64,000 nucleotides of DNA, taken from positions 162 to 64,161 of the forward strand of contig JANNFK010000031.1 of the NCBI GenBank assembly GCA_031379735.1, in the 5' to 3' direction. Positions 1 to 9,103 of the stretch are shown here, one piece after another (the first letter of the stretch is position 1; each line of letters starts with the position of its first letter). Both the position numbers and the translations under genes were made by a program. Source of the DNA: Caulobacteraceae bacterium (lineage in GTDB: Bacteria; Pseudomonadota; Alphaproteobacteria; Caulobacterales; Aquidulcibacteraceae). Below the pieces are notes generated by a model. That model was not told the DNA's origin. It made no database searches and saw only the letters and a list, made by a program, of their open reading frames with translations.

Positions 1-2165
1 AGCGGCGCAGGACGCTGAACCCTTCGTGGTTCAACTGCGCCTGCCAGCGCGTAACACGACCGCGGATGTCTTTGCGTGGCGCACGGCTCAAGGCATTGAA
101 GTGGAAGGACGCGCGCTCGCATCACTTGGCGTGAACGCGCCGGACACCGCCGATCTCGTTTCGCTAGCGCGCGTGCCGGGACCGACCTTCGAGGAACACC
201 CAGGCCAAGGCGCGATCATCATCTCCTGCACGACTGCGTGCTACGCCCATCAAGAAATCGATCTTGAGCGCGATGAGGCCGTTCAACCGATCGATGCTTC
301 TGCGTCTGGCGGCTACATCAACTACGAAGCCGACGTGCAGTGGGTCGATGAAGGAGGTCTGAGCGCAGCCGGCATTGCGGAAGTTTCGCTCTTCGGCCGC
401 TGGGGGTTGCTCGACGGATCGTGGATCGCGCAAACGGAAGGCGACGCACACGTCACGCGCCTGGAGACGACTTGGACGGTCGACCGGCCGGATCTCAGTG
501 TTCGTGGGCGCTTGGGTGACTCCCTTCACATCGGCGCAACAGGAATACCGGTTCGCTTTGGCGGCATCCAAATTGGCCGCTATTTCGGTTTAACGCCGTC
601 AATGCTCACCTATCCAACGCCGGCGCTCTCGGGCGAAGCGGAGGCGGCGTCCACGGTGGAGCTTTATGTCGATGGCGTGCTGCGCGCGCAGTCCACCGTC
701 GAAGCCGGCCCGTTCGTGATCGACCATGCGCCGGTGGTGTCGGGTGGCGGTGAGGCGCAGCTTGTCATCACCGACATTCTTGGCCGCCAACAAACCATTA
801 CGCGCCCGTTTTTCGTGAGCACCGACATGCTGCGCCAAGGTCTCGACGATTGGTCGTTCGCGTTCGGCGCCGAACGTCTCGACTTCGGCCGCAAGGATGC
901 CCGCTACGGCGACACCTTCGCCGCCGCGCGCTATCGCGGCGTCACCAACAATCTGACCGTCGAAGCCGCCGTTGAAGCCACGGATCACACGACAACCGCG
1001 CAAGCCGGCATCACCATTGCCAGCGTCGCTTTCGGCCAAGCCTATCTTTCGCACGCTGAGAACGGTGACGGCGGCTACAATCAGGTCTCCTGGCATTATG
1101 ACGGGCGGGTGCTTTCGATTGGCGCGCAATACGAAGAACGCGACCGGAGATTCACACCGCTTGGCCGCGGCGCAAGCGACACGTTTCGCCAAGACCTCGC
1201 CGGAAACCTTGGTGTTGAGATGGGCGGCTACGGCTCGTTCACGCTGACGGTCGCGCAAGTTGAATACACAGACGAACCCGAAGCGCGAACAGTCAGTTTT
1301 TTCCTACACGCCAGACTATCTTGACGGCGCTATCTCACTTCGGCTCGCGCACCATGATCGCGAGGAGAGCGAACTTGCGGCGAGGATTAGTTTCAGCTTC
1401 TCCTTGGCTGACGAGGTGTCCGCCCACGCGAGCGTGGACAACGACGCTCGCGGCGCCACCTATCGCGCCAGCGTGCAACGTGCGGTGGAACCAGGACTGC
1501 CTGGCTGGAGGGCACGCGTCTCTGCCGGCGCCAGTGAACGGGTCGAGGCCGCCGCAATGACGCGCGGGCCGCTCGGCGACACGATGGCGGAAGCTAGCAT
1601 CACTGATGACGGCGGCGGCGTACGTGTGCGGCACGGCGGCAGCGCCGCTTGGATCGAAGGCATTCCGTTTGCGGGACGCCGCATCGATGGCGCCTTTGCA
1701 ATTGTCGACGCTGGCGCGCCCAATGTGTCCATCGCACGCAATCGCCTCGACATTGGCGAAACCGGCAACGACGGCCGCCGCCTTGTCAGCAATCTGCGTC
1801 CATACGACACCAACATCATCAGCATCAATGCCGACGATCTGCCGATTGATCGCGCACCGGCCTCGCCAGACCGCAGCGTGACGCCCGTCGAAGGGTCAGG
1901 CGTCGTTGTCCGCTTTAGAGATGCGCGCGAGCGGATCTTGGAAACGCGCGTCGCCTATGCCGACGGCGCGATCCCGCAACGCGGGGCCGTACTTGTTCGC
2001 GGGCGCGACGGCGCACGTTTTTCGATTGGCAGCGAGGGCCGCATCGTCCTGCAAGGCGCGCAAGACGGAGACGTTCTGCAGCTCAGCAACACGGCTTGCA
2101 GTGCACGCGCCGGCGAGACCGCCGCCGCTGACGGCCTCATGTTGCTATGCGCGGCGCTGTTATGA
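1..2165 (+). pseudogene. Fimbrial outer-membrane usher (Csu / spore-coat-U type chaperone-usher pilus). The 5' end lies outside the window and the reading frame is interrupted at 1297-1302.
   Basis: ORFs 26..1324 and 1260..2165 read as consecutive pieces of one usher. An example of the usual usher middle-domain pattern is STVELYVDGVLRAQSTVEAGPFVIDHAPVVSGGGEAQLVITDILGRQQTITRPFF. The frame stays open back to base 2. Removing one T from the T6 run at 1297-1302 joins ...EARTVSF to SYTPDYLDGAISLRL. A SCPU pilin gene follows with an ATGA overlap. Confidence 0.6.
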
Positions 2166-2656
2166 CCCGGCTCTTCTTCGCTTGCGTCACGCTGATACTT
2201 GCGTGGGCCTCCACGCCGACTCGGGCCAACGCGCTCGTCTGCGGCATTTTCGGCTGCTCGTGCAACGTCTCAGCGACGACGCTCGACTTTCAAAACATCA
2301 ACCCGCTCAGCGGCGCTCAATCCGCGGAGGGCCAAGTCACAGTCGATTGCACCGGTATCGTCGACCTCTTCCCAAGTATGGTCGTGCGGATGCAGAGTGG
2401 AACCTATGGCACGATCAACGCGCGCAAGATGCGGTCACCTTCCGGAGATTTGCTCGACTACAACATTTACACGACGAGCCAACACAGCGCGATCTGGGGC
2501 AACGGTACGACTGGTTCGACCGTCACCGTATCCGGCGGCCTGCTCGCACTCGGGCACTGGAGCGTGAGCCGCCAGGTTTACGGCGTCGTTTCACCAACGC
2601 TTTCGACCAAGCCCGGCAGCTACACCGACACAGTCATTGTCCGCATCGATTGGTGA
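2162..2656 (+). CDS. Spore coat protein U (SCPU) domain / Csu-type fimbrial subunit, secreted
   Basis: Internal ATG at 2162 overlaps the usher stop (ATGA). It has a signal peptide (MTRLFFACVTLILAWASTPTRANA). The size and pattern (C..C near the N-terminus, SATTLDFQNINPL, GSYTDTVIVRIDW at the C-terminus) are typical of SCPU pilins. Confidence 0.75.
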   Translation: MTRLFFACVTLILAWASTPTRANALVCGIFGCSCNVSATTLDFQNINPLSGAQSAEGQVTVDCTGIVDLFPSMVVRMQSGTYGTINARKMRSPSGDLLDYNIYTTSQHSAIWGNGTTGSTVTVSGGLLALGHWSVSRQVYGVVSPTLSTKPGSYTDTVIVRIDW

Positions 2657-2658
2657 CG

Positions 2659-5463
2659 TCACGACGCCGGGATCACCTCGACATCGAGGCCGAGGCCTTG
2701 CAGTTGCGGCCGCACCACTGATGCATCACCAACTACGACCCAAACGAAGCGTGACGGATCGATAACCGCGCGCGCCGCCGCATCCATATCGGCGGCGCTC
2801 ATGCCGCGGTAGCGTGTGGCGACGCTCTCCCAGTAATTGTCGGGACGGCGATAAAGTTGGTTCGAGCGCAGCGCGCCCAGGACAGCGCCCGCCGTCTCGA
2901 ACAAACCCGGCAATTGCCTGATGTTGCCGTTGACCGTGCGCGTATGCTCGCCTTCCGAGACGCCATTCGTCGTGTTGAAGGTATTGATCTGCTCAAGCAG
3001 CACACGGATCGAGTCACCTGTGCGGTCTGCCTGCACCGGGGCGTTGATAATGTAGGGCACCTGATTCTCGCGCAGGTTCACGACGCCGTTGAGGCCATAG
3101 GACCAGCCCCGGCGCTCACGGATTTCGGTGTTGATGCGCGAGAGGAAGTTGTTGCCCAGCACTTCGTTGGCAGCGACGAGCGCCAGCGTGTCATCTGCGC
3201 CCCGCATTGGCAGCACGGCGCCGGCATAGATCACCGATTGCGGCGACTGCGGACGGTCCACCAGCACGATGCGCGAGCGCGGCGTTGGGATCGGCGTGTC
3301 GAAGTTCTTATGCCCAACCGGCGCCGCAGTGCCGCGCCAATCGCCGAAGCGGGCGTTAAGTGCGCGCGTGATCTCGGTGAGCGGACGATCCGACACAACG
3401 AACACTCGCGCAGTCTCAGGACGAATCCAGCCTTGGTGGAAGGCCACAAGATTATCGCGCGTCAGCGGCGTGACGGAGGCTTCGTTGCCAAGGCCAGACG
3501 TGGGGCGGCCGTAGGGATGGTTTTCACCGAACACGAGGGCCGGGAAAACGCGCTGTGCGAGCCCGTTCGGTTGCGTGCCTTCAGCGGCGATCGCAGCCAG
3601 TTGCTGATCGCGCAGGCGCGCGACTTCGCTAGCTTCGAAGTCCGGACGCAGAACGATGTCGGAGAAGAGATCGAGTGAGAGCCCAAGGTTCGCGCTCAAC
3701 GTCGTCAGGGTTAGTGACGAGCGATCGAGCGTGCCGTTCGTGCCGATAGCCGCGCCAAGTCGTTCTTGCTGTTCGGCGATCTGCATCGCGTCGCGTCCGC
3801 CCGCGCCTGAAGTCAGCGCCGAGAGCATCAGACGTTGGGTGCCGTAACCGCCTTGCGGATCTGCAGAAACGCCGGCGTCGAAATCGAACGCCACATAGGT
3901 GACAGGCACTGCGGAGCGTTGCGCGTAAACGACCTCGACGCCGTTCCGCAGGCGGGCGCGTTGGACGTCGGGAAAATCCAAGTCCGCGATCGTACCAATT
4001 TCCGGCATCGGATCGCGGGCTTGCGCCGTCGGCGGGCGATTGTCCGGCGGCGGACGGTTCGAGCTTGCTTCTTGGTATGGCTCGCGTGCGCCGGGATCTA
4101 CGCGCAGCGCATAGGTCGGCCGCGCCAGCCAACGGCCCATGACCTCACGCACTGCGGCAGGCGTCACATCGCCATAGGCGCGCAGGTTGCGCTCATAGAA
4201 GTCAGGATCGCCGGCAATAACAGCGCTATTGGCGAGTGCTACGGTCTTGCCGCCGAAACCGCCCACCTGCTCGATTGCGAGCACGCTGCCGAACACTTGC
4301 TGTGTAGCGACGCGCTGGATCTCGTCCGCGGTCGGTCCGGTGGCGATGTATTCGCCGACAATCTGATCGAGACGCGCCGAGACGGCCGCCGGATCTACAC
4401 CCGCCTTCACATCGACGGTGACGAAGAACAAGCTGATCCGCTGGAATGGCAGGACGCTTGAACTCACGGAAACTGCGCTCTGCTCATCACGCACGAGTAT
4501 GCGATCCAGACGCGAACTGTTCAGACCGCCGAGCACTTGCGCGGCGACATCAAGCTCCAACGAGTCGTCGTTCGCCAAACCGGGCACCACCCAAGTGCGA
4601 TAAAGGCGCGTGTTGGAAACGCGATCGTGCATGGTGTCGTCGATGCGCTGACTGAGCGTGGGAACATCAGCCGAGGCTGGGGTATTCGCCGTCCCGCGTG
4701 GGATTTGTCCAAAATAGCGCTCCATCAGCGGTCGCGCTTCCGACGCGTTGATGTCGCCCGCGAGCACAATCACAGCGTTGTTCGGCGCATAATTGTCGCG
4801 GAACCACTGGCGCACTTCTTCAAGGGAGGCGTCATCGAGATCAGCCATCGAACCGATCGTTGAATGGCGATACGGATGCCCCTCAGGGAAAAGGCGCTCA
4901 AGGATGCGATAGAAGGTCATGCCGTACGGCTGGTTGTCGCCTTGGCGCTTCTCATTCTGAACGATACCGCGTTGCGCATCGAGACTTGTTTGCGTGAGCG
5001 CGCCGAGCAAGTAGCCCATGCGCTCGCTCTCAATGTAGAGCCCGCGCTCCAGCGCCGGGGTGGGGACTGTCTGGAAGTAGTTGGTGCGATCAAACCAAGT
5101 GGTGCCATTCCAATTGGTGGCGCCCATTTCGCGCAATGGCTCGATCAGGTTCGGAATGTGCTCGGTGCCGTTGAAGAGCATGATATGTTCGAAGAGGTGC
5201 GCGAACCCCGCCTGCCCCTCCGGCTCATCTTTTGAGCCGACATTGTACCAAGCCGCGATAGCGACGATCGGGGCCTTGCGATCCTCGTGCACAAGCACTG
5301 TAAGGCCATTGTCGAGCGTGAAGCTCTCATAGGGGATTTCAACGCCATCGAGCAGCTCCGCGACTGTCGCCGGCCGCTCATTGCTGGTTGCCGGTGTACT
5401 CGATGTTGCGCAGCCGCTCAGCACCGCCGCAAACATCAACGCTCCCACAAGCGCTCGTTTCAT
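2659..5463 (-). CDS. M16 family (insulinase/PqqL-like, two-module) zinc metallopeptidase, lipoprotein
   Basis: HxxEH zinc motif (HLFEHIMLFNG). The length of about 930 aa implies tandem M16 active and inactive halves. Lipobox LSGC is present. ATG at 5463 is preferred over the upstream TTG because GGGGAG lies 8 nt upstream of it. Confidence 0.8.
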   Translation of the reverse strand: MKRALVGALMFAAVLSGCATSSTPATSNERPATVAELLDGVEIPYESFTLDNGLTVLVHEDRKAPIVAIAAWYNVGSKDEPEGQAGFAHLFEHIMLFNGTEHIPNLIEPLREMGATNWNGTTWFDRTNYFQTVPTPALERGLYIESERMGYLLGALTQTSLDAQRGIVQNEKRQGDNQPYGMTFYRILERLFPEGHPYRHSTIGSMADLDDASLEEVRQWFRDNYAPNNAVIVLAGDINASEARPLMERYFGQIPRGTANTPASADVPTLSQRIDDTMHDRVSNTRLYRTWVVPGLANDDSLELDVAAQVLGGLNSSRLDRILVRDEQSAVSVSSSVLPFQRISLFFVTVDVKAGVDPAAVSARLDQIVGEYIATGPTADEIQRVATQQVFGSVLAIEQVGGFGGKTVALANSAVIAGDPDFYERNLRAYGDVTPAAVREVMGRWLARPTYALRVDPGAREPYQEASSNRPPPDNRPPTAQARDPMPEIGTIADLDFPDVQRARLRNGVEVVYAQRSAVPVTYVAFDFDAGVSADPQGGYGTQRLMLSALTSGAGGRDAMQIAEQQERLGAAIGTNGTLDRSSLTLTTLSANLGLSLDLFSDIVLRPDFEASEVARLRDQQLAAIAAEGTQPNGLAQRVFPALVFGENHPYGRPTSGLGNEASVTPLTRDNLVAFHQGWIRPETARVFVVSDRPLTEITRALNARFGDWRGTAAPVGHKNFDTPIPTPRSRIVLVDRPQSPQSVIYAGAVLPMRGADDTLALVAANEVLGNNFLSRINTEIRERRGWSYGLNGVVNLRENQVPYIINAPVQADRTGDSIRVLLEQINTFNTTNGVSEGEHTRTVNGNIRQLPGLFETAGAVLGALRSNQLYRRPDNYWESVATRYRGMSAADMDAAARAVIDPSRFVWVVVGDASVVRPQLQGLGLDVEVIPAS

Positions 5464-5562
5464 CGCATGGCTCCCCAAAACCTAGCAGTCCAGGCAGCGC
5501 ACGCGCGCGCTTATGTCCAGCCTTTTCGCGGCGGGCTGCGACGAATGACGTGGATTGATCGG

Positions 5563-6996
5563 CTAGCGGCGGATGACGTCCGGCGCGACCGCCGGACCAC
5601 CGCCGAATGCGCGGTACGTCGCGATCGCGGCGCGCGCGAATTGCGCCTCCGCATCGATGCGCGTGAGGTTCGCATCGATGAGCTGCTGTTCCGAGCGCAA
5701 ACGATCGGCCAGGCTTTGAATGCCGGCGCCGAACGCTGCGCGTGAGCCACGCGCGGTGATCGCTGCCGCCTCTTCCGCGGCGCGCGCCGAGTCCAGCCGC
5801 AAGCGACCTTGATCGAGCGAGACCAGCGCGTTTGAAGCTTCCGCTACGGCTTGCGTCACCGTCTGGCGATATTGGATCAAGGATTGATCGAATTGTGCAT
5901 CACGCTGGCGCGACACCGCGAAGCGTCGGCCCCAATCAAAAAGGGGGATCGAGATGATAGGTGTTGCCGAAGCGAGCGTGATCCCTGCGCCAGTCGGGTT
6001 GCCGATCAGCGCATCTGTGACGTTGATCGAGCCGGTCAGGTTGAGGCGCGGCAGCAGATCAGCGCGCGCGGCGCCAAGTTGAGCTGCCGCGATCAAAGTT
6101 TGCGCTTCGGCGCGCGCCACGTCGGGACGGAGGCGCAAGAGATCAGCAGGCGCCGCTGGCGCTGCAGTGAGCTCGAGGTGGGGAATTGGGGCCGCCTCGG
6201 CGTTCAGTACTGCCTGCGTTTGAGCTTCATCGGTGCCTGGCGCGCGGCCACGAAGCACCGCCAGCACATTTTCGGCGCGGCGTTGTTCAATGATCAAACC
6301 CGGCAGACGCGCACGCGTGCTTTCGGCCAAGCGGCGTGCGTCCGCTGCATCGGCCTCGGACGCAAAGCCCGCGTTGGCGCTGATCGCGAGGATGCGCACG
6401 AGTTCGTCGGCGCTGGTGATGGATTGCTGTAGCGCGACGCGGCTCGCCTGTGCCGCACGCAGATCTACATAAGCCTGGGCGATGTCGGCTGCGAGCGTCA
6501 CGCGCGCGCCGCGTAGATCGGCCAAGGCGCTCTGTGCGCCAGCGCGCGACCCGGCTGCTGTTGCGCCGATCGCAAACAGTGGCAGCTCCCACGAGACTTG
6601 CGCACCGTAGGCGCCGCTCATGGACTCACGATCAACGCCAGTGGGCACCGGGCCCTCAACAAAACGTTGGTACTGCCCACTCCCCGTTGCAGTCAGTTCG
6701 GGCAGAAACTGAGTTAAAGTAGAATAGGACAACGCTCGCGCTTCACGGACACGCGACACGGCCAATTGAACACTTGGGCCTTCCGAGAGCCCCTCCACGA
6801 CCAATTGATTGAGAGCCGGATCGTTGAAACCTTGCCACCAGTCGGCGACAGGAAGCTCCGCGCCTTGGGGGGCGTCGCGCCACGCTGACGGTAGCGGCGG
6901 CGCTTCGGCGCGCTCACTTGGCATGGTTACGCACCCGCCAGCGGCCAGCGCGCCGGCCAGCGCAAGGGCTCGGACAAGGTTTCCGGTTGCGGCCAT
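5563..6996 (-). CDS. RND efflux outer-membrane factor lipoprotein, NodT family
   Basis: 477 aa with lipobox AAGGC. The two-repeat OMF pattern is rich in A/L/R/Q coiled segments. It is divergent from a tetR-MFP-RND operon. Confidence 0.8.
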   Translation of the reverse strand: MAATGNLVRALALAGALAAGGCVTMPSERAEAPPLPSAWRDAPQGAELPVADWWQGFNDPALNQLVVEGLSEGPSVQLAVSRVREARALSYSTLTQFLPELTATGSGQYQRFVEGPVPTGVDRESMSGAYGAQVSWELPLFAIGATAAGSRAGAQSALADLRGARVTLAADIAQAYVDLRAAQASRVALQQSITSADELVRILAISANAGFASEADAADARRLAESTRARLPGLIIEQRRAENVLAVLRGRAPGTDEAQTQAVLNAEAAPIPHLELTAAPAAPADLLRLRPDVARAEAQTLIAAAQLGAARADLLPRLNLTGSINVTDALIGNPTGAGITLASATPIISIPLFDWGRRFAVSRQRDAQFDQSLIQYRQTVTQAVAEASNALVSLDQGRLRLDSARAAEEAAAITARGSRAAFGAGIQSLADRLRSEQQLIDANLTRIDAEAQFARAAIATYRAFGGGPAVAPDVIRR

Positions 6997-7103
6997 TCCT
7001 GCTTGCTCCTCAGATACTTAGGCGACTGACAACCATATGCCGGCGATACTGGCCCGGCCCGAGATTTGGGTTTTCAGCTTGACGCCGTCCAGCCTTAACA
7101 TTT

Positions 7104-7121
7104 AAAGAATGAACATTCGTT
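7104..7121. promoter_or_regulatory. Candidate TetR operator: imperfect palindrome AAAGAATG-AA-CATTCGTT
   Basis: The core GAATG AA CATTC (7107-7118) is a perfect inverted repeat. It sits in an AT-rich patch of the divergent nodT / tetR intergenic region. Confidence 0.35.
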
Positions 7122-7184
7122 TTATATGCGTCGCAACATGGCGGCGCAAGCCGTTTCCGGCAACCTGTCACCTGGGACCCTTAT

Positions 7185-7784
7185 TTGGCTCGTCTAGCCG
7201 ATCCCGAACTTGCTGAGCGGCGGCGGCGTCAGATCATGGACGCGGCCATCGCCTGCTTCCGTCGCCGTGGGTTCCATCAAGCGACGATGGCTGAGATCTG
7301 CGCCGAAGCCGACATCAGCGCCGGGGCGCTTTACCGCTATTTCTCCAGCAAGGCCGACATCATCGGCGCCATCGCTGAGGACAAGCGCGGCGAGAGCGAC
7401 GAGGCGTTCATGCGCGCCGCCGAACAGCAGGGATTCGTCCCAGCCATATGTCTTGTCGCGCGAGTATTCTTCGACAAGTTCGCCGATGGGGATGGCGCGT
7501 TGATCGCGGAGATCATGGCTGAAGCCATTCGTGGCGATGCAGTGTCAGCGCCGCTGCGCGCCGCGGATTCAGCAAGTGTCCAAATATTCATTCGCGCCAT
7601 CACCGCCGCACAAGCGCGTGGCGAAGTCGACGCCACACTCGATCCCGAAATCGCGACAAACACCTTGTTTGCGACTTTGGAAGGCATAGGTCTCAGACGC
7701 GCGTTTTGCCGCCAGACCGATGTCGAACCCGCCATCAGTCAATTCCGTGCGCTCGCAGAGCGCTATCTCGAGCCACGTATATGA
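7185..7784 (+). CDS. TetR/AcrR family transcriptional regulator
   Basis: N-terminal HTH pattern (FHQATMAEICAEADISAGALYRYFSSK), 199 aa. Its stop overlaps the start of the adaptor gene (ATGA at 7781-7784). Confidence 0.85.
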   Translation: MARLADPELAERRRRQIMDAAIACFRRRGFHQATMAEICAEADISAGALYRYFSSKADIIGAIAEDKRGESDEAFMRAAEQQGFVPAICLVARVFFDKFADGDGALIAEIMAEAIRGDAVSAPLRAADSASVQIFIRAITAAQARGEVDATLDPEIATNTLFATLEGIGLRRAFCRQTDVEPAISQFRALAERYLEPRI

Positions 7785-9097
7785 ATAAGCCAGAAGACAC
7801 CGAATTTCACTCTCGCGCCGAGAGTCTGTTCAAGCGCGCAAAGGATGCAAGCGGCAACGCGCTTCGCACTGCGCGCGATGTTGGCAAGCGCGCTTGGGAT
7901 CGCGCAACCGATGCGCCTGACGAAAGCAAGCGCCGCCAGAAAATCCTGTGGCTCACCGGCGGCGGCATCGCGGCGTTGATCGCAGTGCTATTCGTGATGA
8001 GTCGCATCGGCGGCGACAACAACATTGCAACGCCGCTAACGCCCGCAGGCCAGGCCGTGAGCGTCATCGCCGTCGAAGCGCGGACATTCGAAACGGACGT
8101 CTCTCTGAACGGCGAAGCGCGTCCGGTGCGTGATATCCAAGTGACGGCGCAGGCGACCGGCGTTCGCATCCTGCAAATCCTCGTCGATGAAGGCGATATG
8201 GTTCGTCAGGGTCAAGCCATGGCGCGCCTCGATACGGCGCTTTCGAACGCGCAAACGAGCGCGGCGCAAGCGAGCGTCGCAGAGGCGCAATCGGCGTCCG
8301 TGCGTGCGCGCGGCGAATACGAGCGCGCGGAATCGATCCGCGACTCCGGCGCGCTCTCGGCCGAAGCGATCGAACAACGCCGTGCTGCGGCACTTGCTGC
8401 GGATGCGCGCTTGGCCGCAGCGCGCGCCCAGCTCGCGGAAACGACTGCGCGCCTCGGCGGCGGCTTCGTTCGCGCTCCAGCATCGGGCCTTGTCATCGAC
8501 CGCACTGCAGAACTTGGCGGATCGGTCGCCGGGCAAGTGCTCTTCCGCATCGCCGCCGACAATCGTCTCGAAGTTGCGGCGCAAGTCGCGGAGGCGGACG
8601 CCTTAGCGCTAACCGAAGGGCAAACCGCCACGTTCACGCTTATCGATGGCACAACTGTCATCGGCACGTTGCGCCGCCTACCTGCTTCGATCGATAGCCG
8701 GACGCGCACGGGTGAAGCGCTCTTCACGCTGCCATCCGGCACGCGCGTACGCGCTGGCATGTACCTTCGCGGCCGCGCCGATCTGCCGTCGCGCGAGGTG
8801 ATCGCAGTCCCGCAAAGCTCGGTGCTCTACGAGAGCGGCCAAGCCTATGTTCTGGTTCTCGACGACACGACGCACGTGCACCGCATTGACGTCCAACTCG
8901 GCGGACGCGACGGCGATTGGATTGAAGTTGTGCAAGGCCTCACTGGCGGTCAACGCATTGTCGGCTCCGGCGCCGCCTTCCTGCAGGACGGCGAACAAGT
9001 GCGTATCCTCGACGCGCGCGCGCCAGCGGCCGGCCAGGCAGCGGCCAATGAGAATGCCGCCGCGCCTGGTGAAGACATCCGCGGACGGGAGCACTGA
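7781..9097 (+). CDS. RND efflux periplasmic adaptor (membrane fusion protein)
   Basis: The internal ATG at 7781 (MNKPEDTEF...) is chosen because of the ATGA coupling to tetR. It has one TM segment followed by coiled-coil, lipoyl and beta-barrel MFP patterns. It lies directly upstream of the RND pump. Confidence 0.8.
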   Translation: MNKPEDTEFHSRAESLFKRAKDASGNALRTARDVGKRAWDRATDAPDESKRRQKILWLTGGGIAALIAVLFVMSRIGGDNNIATPLTPAGQAVSVIAVEARTFETDVSLNGEARPVRDIQVTAQATGVRILQILVDEGDMVRQGQAMARLDTALSNAQTSAAQASVAEAQSASVRARGEYERAESIRDSGALSAEAIEQRRAAALAADARLAAARAQLAETTARLGGGFVRAPASGLVIDRTAELGGSVAGQVLFRIAADNRLEVAAQVAEADALALTEGQTATFTLIDGTTVIGTLRRLPASIDSRTRTGEALFTLPSGTRVRAGMYLRGRADLPSREVIAVPQSSVLYESGQAYVLVLDDTTHVHRIDVQLGGRDGDWIEVVQGLTGGQRIVGSGAAFLQDGEQVRILDARAPAAGQAAANENAAAPGEDIRGREH

Positions 9098-9103
9098 TCG
9101 CTT

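Noticed and set aside
1906-2721. 271-aa ORF spanning the usher 3' end and the SCPU gene in another frame
   Set aside because: It has no recognisable family and an Arg-rich composition. Both overlapped genes are well supported.
5479-5562. Possible hairpin (CAGCC...GGCTG) downstream of the NodT gene as a terminator
   Set aside because: The stem is only 5 bp, the loop is large and there is no U-run. It is not convincing.
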